Of a DNA stretch of 27,997 bases, positions 1 to 9,016 are shown piece after piece. Under the pieces are notes generated by a model. That model searched no databases and was not told the DNA's origin. It saw only the letters and a list, made by a program, of their open reading frames with translations. The position numbers and the translations under genes are program-made. This DNA is from Elusimicrobiota bacterium (GTDB taxonomy: Bacteria; Elusimicrobiota; Elusimicrobia; Elusimicrobiales; UBA9959), in the NCBI GenBank assembly GCA_037137395.1, contig JBAXKK010000028.1:1-27997 (forward strand). Direction: 5' to 3'. The stretch's first letter is position 1, and each line of letters begins with the position of its first letter.

Positions 1-157
1 TGCGACGGAGCACCGACGAGAGATCTCATGCTCATCTTACGATTAGAAAATGCTATGCTCCGACGAGAAAGCGCACATTTCTGGACTGTGACACCTAGTG
101 ATTAAACAATCCTCGCTCCCGGCAATGTTTTGATATTATTTTTTATTCTATTTTCCT

Positions 158-601
158 TTATTTCAGGTCCGAGGCGCAGTGCGCGCACTTAACGGCTTTC
201 AGCGGTATGACGGAGAGGCACAGCGGGCATTCCTTGGTGGAAGGCGCGGCCGCCGCGGCGGGTTTCTCGAACCTGGATTCCAGTTTCTTGATCTGGGTTA
301 TCATGATGAAGATGGCCCCAGCTACTATCAGGAAGTTTATGACGGTGTTCAAGAACAGGCCGTAGTTGATGGTGGCCGCCCCGGCTTTCTGCGCTTCCGC
401 CAGGCTGACATAGGCTGTGGTGGACAGGTTGATGTAGAGGCTGGAAAAGTCCACGCCCCCGGTCAGCCTGCCTATGGGCGGCATCAGCACGTCGCCCACC
501 AGCGAGGTCACTATCTTACCGAAAGCGCCGCCTATAATCACGCCCACAGCCATGTCCACCACGTTGCCGCGCATGATGAATTCTTTGAAGCTCTTTAACA
601 T
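158..601 (-). CDS. mscL: Large-conductance mechanosensitive channel MscL with C-terminal CxxC..CxxC extension
   Basis: N-terminal [27 protein letters not shown] and [14 protein letters not shown] are MscL hallmarks; AGGAGG RBS upstream; tail KECPLC..KCAHC. Confidence 0.96.
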   Translation of the reverse strand: MLKSFKEFIMRGNVVDMAVGVIIGGAFGKIVTSLVGDVLMPPIGRLTGGVDFSSLYINLSTTAYVSLAEAQKAGAATINYGLFLNTVINFLIVAGAIFIMITQIKKLESRFEKPAAAAAPSTKECPLCLSVIPLKAVKCAHCASDLK

Positions 602-623
602 TATCCCTCCTTGTGATTTACCT

Positions 624-1340
624 TCAGAAATTCACGATCAGCGCCATGGCGGTCATGGTGTCGGTCTTCTTGAAGCTGCCCCCGGGCTTGTTGGAGAATT
701 TCCACACGTAGGAAGCCTTCAGCGTGAAGTGGGTTGAGATCGAAGCCACCAGTGCGGTCTCGGTGCTCATACGGTAGCCTTTGGCGTCCTGCATGTTGCC
801 GATGTATTCTAAGTCCTGGCTGGCGTTGGCCGTGGCGGAAAGGGTCCGAATGTACTTGGCATAGCCGCGGTAAGTGCCGAAGGACTCGTTTGCCGAACGC
901 AGGCGGTCCTCGATGGTGTAACCGCCGCCGGCTTCAGCGAAGAGGTTGTCTTTCCCCTGGTTCAGCAGGTGGCGCCCTACGCCCACGCCGAAATCGTAGC
1001 GGTCCTTTATACCGGCGAAGCGGTTCTTATCCCAGGCCGTTTTTTCGAAGACGTAATTCCTGCCGGTGAGCTTAAAGTTGACCTTTTCGGAGGCGCTATA
1101 CTGCTCGGCGGTCACGGTATTCTTGTTCTTGGTGCCGAGGCCCCCGGCTGCCACTTCCAGCGCGGTCTTGCTCCAGTCGTAGTTGAACAGGTCCTTAGCG
1201 GCTATGGTAGAGGTTTTGGAGTTGCCGGAGGTCTGCACCGACGAGAGTTCGGCGGCGTCCTTCCACTTTTTGGGGGCATCTTGTGCCAAAACCGACGAGG
1301 ACATTCCGAGTACCAGCGCTATTACGATTATCCTGTTCAT
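624..1340 (-). CDS. DUF481/YdiY-family outer-membrane beta-barrel protein
   Basis: Signal peptide, TSGNSKT motif, [12 protein letters not shown], alternating beta strands, C-terminal Phe; AGGAG RBS. Confidence 0.8.
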   Translation of the reverse strand: MNRIIVIALVLGMSSSVLAQDAPKKWKDAAELSSVQTSGNSKTSTIAAKDLFNYDWSKTALEVAAGGLGTKNKNTVTAEQYSASEKVNFKLTGRNYVFEKTAWDKNRFAGIKDRYDFGVGVGRHLLNQGKDNLFAEAGGGYTIEDRLRSANESFGTYRGYAKYIRTLSATANASQDLEYIGNMQDAKGYRMSTETALVASISTHFTLKASYVWKFSNKPGGSFKKTDTMTAMALIVNF

Positions 1341-1751
1341 ATAAACTCCTTACAGTTAGATTGCTTACTCATATAAACATCTTATCGCATTTTTGTCTCT
1401 GTGGCTACCGGGCCCTCACTCGCCGTCTTTTAAACTACCCAAGCCTGTGATTACCCGAAAGCACATAATACAAAACGCCCAACAATTTAGATAAATGCCC
1501 GTTGTCACCGACACAACCGAATTGTAAGCGGCATGTCTCAAGAACAAACACCCTTAGTTCTAGCCAAACAAAACCCGTCCTGAGAGGTTCTTGCCGAAAT
1601 AGAGGCTTTTTGCTGAGCATTAGCCAGGATCGCGTTGATTCGGAAGAAATGAGAACCTGATTCACCGGAAAGTGATCAAGCGAGAGTAATGGTGTTTTTG
1701 GTGATTTGCTCCAGGTCTGTCTAACAATTTCCTATGACTCGTCCGGAGTAT

Positions 1752-1776
1752 AAAAAAAGCACGACGCGAGTCGTGC
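1752..1776 (-). terminator. Intrinsic terminator
   Basis: Minus strand GCACGAC-TCGC-GTCGTGC followed by T7. Confidence 0.75.
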
Positions 1777-1893
1777 CGATGCCTTCTATATATCCTGATC
1801 TCGCGCCTAAACTGCCTAGCAAGCTGCCAGGCTGCCCGGCCTCGCAGTATTGGCATAGCAGAGGCTGCGCGAGATAAATCATTTAAGTAATAC

Positions 1894-1948
1894 TTTAGGA
1901 TTACGGATTACATGTTAAGGATTAAGCAGTAAGAAGCAAGCGTAAGAG
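1894..1948. repeat. Degenerate 7-bp-period run
   Basis: TTTAGGA TTACGGA TTACATG TTAAGGA TTAAGCA GTAAGAA. Confidence 0.6.
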
Positions 1949-1998
1949 CGGAGACAGGCTGCATGCCTGTTATGTGAGTAAAAAGCAACGGCAATGAA

Positions 1999-2880
1999 TT
2001 ATCTGGCTCCGCTTAGCCCGGCGTAAATAAGAGCGCCGTCTTTAAGCATCGCGATTACGGAGTCGATCTCGTTAGGGCTTACCGCCGGACAGCCCCAGGA
2101 GCGGCCAGCCTGCGTATTATAATCTGAAACATATGACGCCGAGTGTATAACCACGGCGCGGTTGAGAGCATTGGAGTTGGTGGGCGACATGCCATGCAGG
2201 TTCAGGGCCCGCCCGTGCTTGCCGTAATAGATATCACCGGTAAGGTAATACCCAAGCGAAGTGGCGTTTGAATTCGGAGTATTGCTGAACCTTGTGGCGT
2301 AACCGTCACCATCGGGGTCCGAGCCGGAGCCGTGCGACACATGGATAACTTTGACCGCTCCGCTGACTGTATCCGCGATATAGAAACGCGCCTGACTTGA
2401 GTGCTTGGAAAAATCCAACACTCCGAAATATCTCAAGTTCCCTATTTTGTCCTTGTTGGCGTTATAATATATCATCGCCGCGGCCTTGAGGTCAGCCGGG
2501 ATAATGTTCTGGGTATCCATATAACTGCCGCCCATTATTTTCGGGGAGCCATTAGCGGGTTTGTACGCCATAGGTAAAATCGCTTCCGCTACCGGCGAAT
2601 CCTCGCGGACATCGTCATCAGGAAGGATCTCAAGCCCCAGCGGCGCCTGTTGCGTGTTAATCACATTTATATCACCGCCAGCGTCCGGCCCTAAAAACAA
2701 TTCCGCGTCCTGCTCATCCTGGGAATAAGCGGGAGTGGAAACATACACAGTTTGTATCTCGTCAAATCCAAAGCCGGAGAAATGCAGTGACAGATCTTCA
2801 AAAGCGGAAGCCCGTGGGAATTGCGTCATAAAAAACAGGAGACTGACGCCCGCAGCCGAGATTAAAATGTATTTTTTCAT
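1999..2880 (-). CDS. Murein L,D-transpeptidase catalytic domain protein (YkuD_2-like), exported
   Basis: DFSKHS, VSHGSGSD, FSNTPNSNATSLG, RAVVIH and GRSWGC catalytic motifs; N-terminal signal peptide. Confidence 0.85.
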   Translation of the reverse strand: MKKYILISAAGVSLLFFMTQFPRASAFEDLSLHFSGFGFDEIQTVYVSTPAYSQDEQDAELFLGPDAGGDINVINTQQAPLGLEILPDDDVREDSPVAEAILPMAYKPANGSPKIMGGSYMDTQNIIPADLKAAAMIYYNANKDKIGNLRYFGVLDFSKHSSQARFYIADTVSGAVKVIHVSHGSGSDPDGDGYATRFSNTPNSNATSLGYYLTGDIYYGKHGRALNLHGMSPTNSNALNRAVVIHSASYVSDYNTQAGRSWGCPAVSPNEIDSVIAMLKDGALIYAGLSGAR

Positions 2881-2900
2881 AGTAAATATCCTCTAAAGAT

Positions 2901-2929
2901 AGTGTATGGAGCAACCGCGTTTTTGTCAA
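2901..2929 (-). promoter_or_regulatory. Sigma70-type promoter of the L,D-transpeptidase gene
   Basis: TTGACA (2929-2924), 17-nt spacer, TACACT (2906-2901). Confidence 0.75.
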
Positions 2930-2988
2930 GGGTCTAAAGCGCTACAGATCAGAGGCTTATGGCCCAGACTGGTTGACTTACTTGAAAT

Positions 2989-4194
2989 TTATTTCTGCAC
3001 CTCAAGCGTATCGATAATTTTAGCATCCTTATCGTATACCGTCATCTTAAGATTAGATTCCTTAACTTCGATATGCGCGAAATGGTACACGGGTATAAAT
3101 TTTTCCGACCAGTCGGCTGGATTACGCTGGAAATAGAGCGGGCTTCCGCCTCCGGCCAGGGTAATATAGATAATGCCTTCCTGATCATTTGGTAAGCCGG
3201 CCTTTAGTGGCTTGGTCCTTTCATAATCATGATCATGGCCCTGGAAAACAATATCGACGCCGTATTTTTCCAACAGCGGTTCCAGAACGGCCTTCTGCGC
3301 CTCTATCCCGCCGCGCGCGCCGGTGGAATAAAGCGGTTGGTGCATAACCACGAATTTCCACTCTTTATCAGTCTTCGCAAGAAACCGCTCCAGCCATTTA
3401 TACTGCTTTGAATCCTTTCCCAGCGGCTGCGCCCATTTTGCGCCGTGGAAAAAATTAGTGTCAAGCACGAAGAACCTGGCGTTGCCGTCGTCAAAGAAAT
3501 AATAATAGGGCGGAAGCCCGGTGTAAGGCATGGTGTGGAACGGGATATAATTCTCGCGCAGAAAGCGGCGGCCCTCGCCTTTATTGTAGTCCTTTCCGTA
3601 ATCATGGTTGCCCAGCGCCACAAAAAAAGGATATTTAGCTATCATTTTTTCATAAGGGATAAAATATTGCTCGTCGGCTGAGGTGTCCAGACCGGTCTCC
3701 ACAAGGTCACCGGTATGTACCACAAAATCCGGGTCGAATTTTTCCATCTGAGCCGCTAGTTCCAGCTGCTCCTCCGAGCCTGAGCCGGAATCTCCGAACG
3801 CGAGGAAATTAAAATACGGTTTATCCGAACCGCGAAACGTCTTAAAAGTGCTTTCAGACGCCTTGTAAACTCCGGTGCTCTCAGAGTCCGGCAGATCAAT
3901 GCGATAGCAATGCGTCGTATCGCTCAGAAGCCCGAAAAGGGTTATTTTATGTTCCTTTCCCTCAGGGGACAGCGTCATAAATCGCTCGCAGTCGGGATAA
4001 GCTCCGTAAGAAACCCAGGCCACGGTGGACGCGTCCGCACGAAAACGTACCGTCGCCACATTCTCTCCGACATTCTCAATATAAGGTCCGCGGACAATCG
4101 TGGCCGCGCCAGCCGGGACGCCGGGGCATGCCAATAGGCAGGTGGTAAGGACTAAGGAGTAAGAATTAAGGGTTATGTTTTTTACAGCGCGCAT
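2989..4194 (-). CDS. Purple acid phosphatase-like metallophosphoesterase, exported
   Basis: GDSG, HTGD, GNHD and GHDH motifs; RGPY N-terminal domain. Start moved to ATG 4194 (MRAVKN, signal-like) because the longer ORF reads through a repeat element. Confidence 0.85.
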   Translation of the reverse strand: MRAVKNITLNSYSLVLTTCLLACPGVPAGAATIVRGPYIENVGENVATVRFRADASTVAWVSYGAYPDCERFMTLSPEGKEHKITLFGLLSDTTHCYRIDLPDSESTGVYKASESTFKTFRGSDKPYFNFLAFGDSGSGSEEQLELAAQMEKFDPDFVVHTGDLVETGLDTSADEQYFIPYEKMIAKYPFFVALGNHDYGKDYNKGEGRRFLRENYIPFHTMPYTGLPPYYYFFDDGNARFFVLDTNFFHGAKWAQPLGKDSKQYKWLERFLAKTDKEWKFVVMHQPLYSTGARGGIEAQKAVLEPLLEKYGVDIVFQGHDHDYERTKPLKAGLPNDQEGIIYITLAGGGSPLYFQRNPADWSEKFIPVYHFAHIEVKESNLKMTVYDKDAKIIDTLEVQK

Positions 4195-4219
4195 ATTTAT
4201 ATCTTTAAGTCTTATATTC

Positions 4220-4387
4220 CCTACTTCCCGAAAGATCACGTAGGACCAAGTCGTCTTTCCGGCGAAAGCCGGAATCCATGTATATCGATAACACTGGACC
4301 CCGGCTTTCGCCGGGGAGACGGCAAAGATTTTACTAAAACAATGCAAAATGTCTCGCCGAAATCTCCGTCTTATGTAAGCTTTTGGG
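4220..4387. mobile_element. MITE-like element copy A carrying an inverted pair of REP-like palindromes
   Basis: Ends CCCGAAAG..CTTTTGGG; interior CGTCTTTCCGGCGAAAGCCGGAATCCA (4252-4278), 16 nt, TGGACCCCGGCTTTCGCCGGGGAGACG (4295-4321); homologous to 6249-6537. Confidence 0.6.
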
Positions 4388-6148
4388 TTACTTCTTCCCT
4401 TTTAATCCCTTCTGCTTTTTCACGAACAACGGCGTCACCTTGAATTCCACCGCGTCGATAAGACCGCGGTCGGTGATCCTTATCTCGGGTATGGGCGGGA
4501 GGGTCAGGAATGACATCGCCATAAAAGGGTCGTCTATCTTTGAGCCCAGCATTTTGGCTATCTCATTCAGGCGCTTCTGCTTTTCCCGCACGAACTCCGC
4601 GCTCCGGTCCGACATCAGGCCGGCAACTGGCAGCGGCAGCGCTTCCAGCACCTGACCGTTCAGGGCCGCCACGATACCCCCCTGCATTTTAACCACCTGA
4701 ACGGCGGCCGTGTACATGTCTCCGTCGTGCGTGCCGATTACGACAATGTTATGCGAGTCATGGGAAACTGATGAGGCGATCGCGCCCTTCTTAAGGCCGA
4801 AGCCCTTGACCAGGGCTAGCGCCACGCGCCCGGAGGCCATATGACGCTCTATCACCGCTATTTTCAGCACATCTTTCTCGGTGTCGGATGAAACATAACC
4901 TCCGTCCTGCTTAACGGGCTCCACACTGACTTTAGTGACGATCTGATTGGGAATGATGTTTATGACTTTGGCGTATTTCCCCTCCGCCTTCAGCGCGAAA
5001 TCCTCGTGCTCTATCCATCTGACATTAACGGTGCCGCGCGTCTTGCCCTGGTATTCAGTGACAGCGCGCTGATCTATGAGACCGTTACTGGCGACCAGCC
5101 GCCCGTCCTTAAACACCTTTGAGATCTTAAGCTTCTTTAAGTCGTCAAACACCACCATGTCGGCTTTATAGCCGGGCACGATGGCGCCCAGGTTCTTAAT
5201 ACCGAAGTATTCCGCCGTGTTGATGGTGGCCATCTGTATCGCCCTTATGGGATCCACGCCCAGCTGTATGGCGGTGCGCACAAGATAATCGATGTGGCCC
5301 TGGCAGAAGATATCTTCCAGGTGGCGGTCGTCCGTCACGAACACGAATTTGCGGGAGTTCTCGGAGTTAACCAACGGCAGAAGGCCTTTAAGGTTCTTGG
5401 CGGCCGTACCTTCGCGGATCATTATATACATGCCGGCGCGAAGCTTTTCACGCGCTTCCGCGACATCAGTGCATTCGTGGTCGGAACGGATGCCGGCCGA
5501 AATATAGGCGTAAAGCTGTTTATCCTTCAGCATCGGCGCGTGCCCGTCTATGATCATATTCTTGGCTATGGCTATCTTCTTTAGAACTTCCTCGTCCCGG
5601 AAGATAACGCCCGGATAGTTCATCATTTCCCCGATGCCCAGCACCCGCTCGTCGTTAAGAAGCAGCGCCAGATCATGGGCGGTAAGTTCGGCGCCCGCGG
5701 TCTCAAGTTTGGTGGCCGGCACGCAGGAGGGCAGCATGACATAAACGCCCAGCACGCTGTTTAAGCTGGAGGCAAGCATGTACTTTATGCCGTCCAAGCC
5801 CAGAACGTTGGCGATCTCATGCGGGTCTATAACGGCGGAGGTGGTGCCGTGCGGCAGGACAACTCTGGCGAATTCGGGGATCTTAACCATGGAACTTTCG
5901 ATGTGAACATGGCCGTCTATAAAGCCGGGGGACAGATAGGCGCCTTTAAGATCTATGGTCTGTTTGGCTGTATAAACGCCGAAACCGACGATCTTGCCTT
6001 TATGGACCGCGACATGAGTTTTATGGATGTCGCCTGAGAAAGTGTTGATCACTCTGGCGTTCTTTAGCAGAAGGTCAACGCGTTTGCCCCCGCCCGAGAT
6101 CTCAATGGTGTCTTTGAGTTCCTGAAGATTGGTTTCCTTATCTATCAT
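4388..6148 (-). CDS. ade: Adenine deaminase
   Basis: PGFIDGHVHIESSM, DPHEIANV, GEMMN, DGHAP, DHEC, REGTAAKN, TDDRH and SVSHDSHN motifs; 586 aa. Confidence 0.96.
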   Translation of the reverse strand: MIDKETNLQELKDTIEISGGGKRVDLLLKNARVINTFSGDIHKTHVAVHKGKIVGFGVYTAKQTIDLKGAYLSPGFIDGHVHIESSMVKIPEFARVVLPHGTTSAVIDPHEIANVLGLDGIKYMLASSLNSVLGVYVMLPSCVPATKLETAGAELTAHDLALLLNDERVLGIGEMMNYPGVIFRDEEVLKKIAIAKNMIIDGHAPMLKDKQLYAYISAGIRSDHECTDVAEAREKLRAGMYIMIREGTAAKNLKGLLPLVNSENSRKFVFVTDDRHLEDIFCQGHIDYLVRTAIQLGVDPIRAIQMATINTAEYFGIKNLGAIVPGYKADMVVFDDLKKLKISKVFKDGRLVASNGLIDQRAVTEYQGKTRGTVNVRWIEHEDFALKAEGKYAKVINIIPNQIVTKVSVEPVKQDGGYVSSDTEKDVLKIAVIERHMASGRVALALVKGFGLKKGAIASSVSHDSHNIVVIGTHDGDMYTAAVQVVKMQGGIVAALNGQVLEALPLPVAGLMSDRSAEFVREKQKRLNEIAKMLGSKIDDPFMAMSFLTLPPIPEIRITDRGLIDAVEFKVTPLFVKKQKGLKGKK

Positions 6149-6248
6149 ATAAATCTCCTGATATTATTCCCAGCGTCCGCGTTTATAAGTTTACTTTTTC
6201 TTGAGTGCCACGACAAGGACCCGAAAATGCCTAGAAATACCCGGATGC

Positions 6249-6537
6249 CCGACTGCCCAAAAGCCACGTTCACCCCAGTCCGTCTCACCGGCAAAAGCCG
6301 GTGCCCAGATTATGGAAGGATACTGGCCTGCCCCACTGGTTGTGTTGTGGGGAATCCAGGAATATCGACGATACTGGACCCCGGCTTTCGCCGGGGAGAC
6401 GGACCAAAGGACACTGGACCCGGCACCCCCCCCATTTATGGTGGTGCAGGTCGTCGGGGAGACATCAAAGGCTTCACCAGAACGATGAAAAGTGTCTCGA
6501 CGAGACCTCCAACTTATGTAAACTTTTGGCGGACAGG
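6249..6537. mobile_element. MITE-like element copy B with nested REP-like palindromes
   Basis: Ends GACTGCCCAAAAG..CTTTTGGCGGAC; 6456-6529 aligns ungapped to 4313-4386 (58/74 by hand); exact TGGACCCCGGCTTTCGCCGGGGAGACGG at 6375-6402. Confidence 0.6.
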
Positions 6538-6570
6538 CGGTTGGCAGGTCAGATTTGATAGTATTATTGT

Positions 6571-7344
6571 ATGGATTTCATCTTTGGACACGCTAATCAC
6601 ATTCTGTTAGGCCTGCTGATCTTTCTGGGCGGCTTTATTGACTCCATGGCCGGCGGCGGCGGTCTTATAACCCTGCCCGCCTACCTGCACTTCGGTCTGC
6701 CGGTTGACCGGCTGCTCGGCACCAATAAGCTTTCCTCCGGCCTCGGCACCGCCGTGGCCACATTCAAATTCCTGAAAGAGCTGGATTTTAAAAAGGAATT
6801 TCTTTTGCCGCTGATCGCTTTAGCGGCATCGGGCTCTTTCCTGGGCGCGAAATCCATCTCGTTGGCGTCACCGTCGCTTATCCGGTATCTGTTGATAATC
6901 ACGCTGCCGCCAATCGCCTTATTCGTTATCGCTAAGCGGCGCTTCGGGCGCGCGGACCACAGCGGCGATCTCTCCGCCTCGGCGCTTCTAAGACGCTGCC
7001 TGCCGATAGCGTTTCTGATAAGTTTTTACGACGGCATGCTTGGCCCGGGCACAGGGACGTTTTACGCCGTGGCGCTCACGCGTTTCTGCGGCTACAATTT
7101 AGTTAAGGCCACGGCTTTGAGCAAGCTTTTGAATCTCACTTCCAGCGTTTCCGCGCTGATCACTTTTCTGGCGCTGGGGCTGGTGGATATCCGGCTGGGG
7201 CTGGCCATGGGGACGGTAGGGATGTGCGGCAATTATCTGGGGTCGCATATCGCGCTAAAAAAAGGCGCCTGGATAATACGCCCGATGCTTTTTATCGTCT
7301 CAATTTCGCTGCTGATAAAAATAGTATGGGATATGGTGAAGTAA
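6571..7344 (+). CDS. TSUP (TauE/SafE, YfcA-like) family transporter
   Basis: GFIDSMAGGGGLITLP, GTNKL and FYDGMLGPGTGTF motifs; about 8 hydrophobic segments. Confidence 0.92.
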   Translation: MDFIFGHANHILLGLLIFLGGFIDSMAGGGGLITLPAYLHFGLPVDRLLGTNKLSSGLGTAVATFKFLKELDFKKEFLLPLIALAASGSFLGAKSISLASPSLIRYLLIITLPPIALFVIAKRRFGRADHSGDLSASALLRRCLPIAFLISFYDGMLGPGTGTFYAVALTRFCGYNLVKATALSKLLNLTSSVSALITFLALGLVDIRLGLAMGTVGMCGNYLGSHIALKKGAWIIRPMLFIVSISLLIKIVWDMVK

Positions 7345-7417
7345 AGGTTAGCCGCCTTACCGCTTGCTATTTAATCCCACAGTTGTCTGGCTAAATTCGA
7401 TGGTTACGTACTGTTCC

Positions 7418-7537
7418 GGGCTGGGAACGGGATTGCCCTTACGCCGCGTAGGAAACCCTCCCGTGGTTTCCCTCCACCCGTACCGGGCGGAGCCTCCCAT
7501 CCGCTATGCGGCTCCAGAGCAAACCCGCTCCCAACCC
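7418..7537. repeat. 120-bp fold-back element with internal hairpins
   Basis: 22-bp inverted arms 7418-7439 / 7516-7537 (18/22); inner GGAAACC-N7-GGTTTCC and TCCACCCG-TAC-CGGGCGGA. Confidence 0.6.
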
Positions 7538-7638
7538 TTAGTTATTCCCTTTTATAAATAACTTTTAGGGAAACCTGAAATACTGTCGACTTTTGCGGTT
7601 TCATTCTCAAAACACTTTTCTTACCGAATAGCTGTGAT

Positions 7639-8451
7639 TTAATCCTTAGTCCTTACTAACGACGCCAGCAGGCCGAAGCGGCCGGCGCGATTACCGTCGC
7701 GGCGCCAGGAATAAAACAAGTCCTTATTGGCGTAAGTGCACATATGCGCGAATTCGTAATTTGTAACACCCAATCCCTGTAATTGGTGCTTCAGCAGGTC
7801 CTTAAGGCTGAAATGATGCCGCCCGTCCTTCATTATAAGACATTCCCGCGTGACATCTTCCGGATAGAATAGGTGAAACTTTTCAAGAAAATCGTCTTTG
7901 ACGGGATAGCTCTCGGCCGAGATCATCGGTGAGATTCCCGCTATAAGATCCGCTGGGGCGGTGCCGAACCGCAGCTTCATCACCGATATGACCTGGCTGT
8001 AGATGTTAAGCATGGCTCCCCGCCAGCCGCTGTGACACACCGCGAGGACTGAACGGATGGGGTCATAGAAAACGGTCAGACCGCAATCCGCGGAAAGGGC
8101 CAGCAGGGGCACTCCTTTAAGATTTGTCACCAGGGCGTCGCAGTCGGGGATTGCCGACGGCGCAGAGCCTGAGAATTCGAAATCCGGCCCTATTACGCGC
8201 ACATTGGAGGTGTGGGCCTGGCGCATGCGCACGGTTTTCTCAAACGCACCGCCCACCGCCTCGCAGAAAAGCGTCAGGTTCTCCGTGACATTCTCAGAAA
8301 GGTCCGCAGTGCCAAAGCCCAGGTTAAGCGAGGAGTAAGGTTCGGGGCTTACTCCGCCGCACCGCGTTGAAACCCCGTGCTTAAGCCCGGCCTCGCCGCA
8401 CAGATTCTCAAATTTTAAAATTTTGAGCCCGTTGTTTTCCTTAATTTGCAT
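7639..8451 (-). CDS. pgeF: PgeF/YfiH (laccase-domain, purine nucleoside phosphorylase) family protein
   Basis: STRCGGVS, SLNLG, QAH, DALVT, ADC, HSGWRG and FYSWRRDG motifs. Confidence 0.92.
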   Translation of the reverse strand: MQIKENNGLKILKFENLCGEAGLKHGVSTRCGGVSPEPYSSLNLGFGTADLSENVTENLTLFCEAVGGAFEKTVRMRQAHTSNVRVIGPDFEFSGSAPSAIPDCDALVTNLKGVPLLALSADCGLTVFYDPIRSVLAVCHSGWRGAMLNIYSQVISVMKLRFGTAPADLIAGISPMISAESYPVKDDFLEKFHLFYPEDVTRECLIMKDGRHHFSLKDLLKHQLQGLGVTNYEFAHMCTYANKDLFYSWRRDGNRAGRFGLLASLVRTKD

Positions 8452-8596
8452 AATTGTAAAGCGTAAAGATTAAGTTGCAAGCGCGTGAAACGTTCAATGT
8501 GAATTATTGCGACTTATTCTCCATATTTATTTCTCAACCCGCTCAGAGGTCTAATTGACCTGTCCCCTTGTTATTAGATACCATGAATTTCACCTT

Positions 8597-9016
8597 ATGA
8601 CCTCATTGCGCTTCATCAAAAGACCAGGGAAAGTTTTACTCAGGGAAATTGTAGCACTTTACACCCGGCAAGGCTGGTGGGACAAGAGCGACACAAACGC
8701 ACTTGCCGCCGGATTGATCCGGAACAGCCATTGCTTTCTCGTAGTTCTGGATAAAGGCCGCGCGGTTGGCATGGGCAGGGCCATAAGCGACGGAGTAAGC
8801 GACGCCTACATACAGGACGTAACAGTGCTGAAAGAATACCGAGGCCGGGGCCTGGGCGCTAAAATAGTGCGCGGGATTAAAAACAGGCTTAAGGCCGACG
8901 GAATAAAATGGGTCGGACTTATCGCTCAAAACAACTCCAGACAGTTTTATGTTCCACTGGGTTTCAAAGTGATAAAGCGGGCCCACCCTATGATGTTAAA
9001 GGGTAACAATGTTTAA
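8597..9016 (+). CDS. GNAT family N-acetyltransferase
   Basis: GMGRAISDGVSDAYIQDV, YRGRGLG acetyl-CoA motif, FYVPLGF; ATG 8597 preferred over TTG 8555. Confidence 0.88.
   Translation: MTSLRFIKRPGKVLLREIVALYTRQGWWDKSDTNALAAGLIRNSHCFLVVLDKGRAVGMGRAISDGVSDAYIQDVTVLKEYRGRGLGAKIVRGIKNRLKADGIKWVGLIAQNNSRQFYVPLGFKVIKRAHPMMLKGNNV

Noticed and set aside
1435..1856. Minus-strand ORFs 1435-1665 and 1662-1856
   Set aside because: No recognisable RBS or motif; the second runs through a terminator
4195..4347. N-terminal extension of the phosphoesterase ORF (VSPAKAGVQ..WIPAFAG)
   Set aside because: Translation of the REP palindromes; ATG 4194 gives a normal exported protein
6201..6610. Three overlapping short ORFs
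   Set aside because: All read through repeat copy B and have no protein-like features
7570..7602. GAAACC..GGTTTC inverted repeat as an IS remnant
   Set aside because: Too short and single-copy to distinguish from chance or a weak terminator
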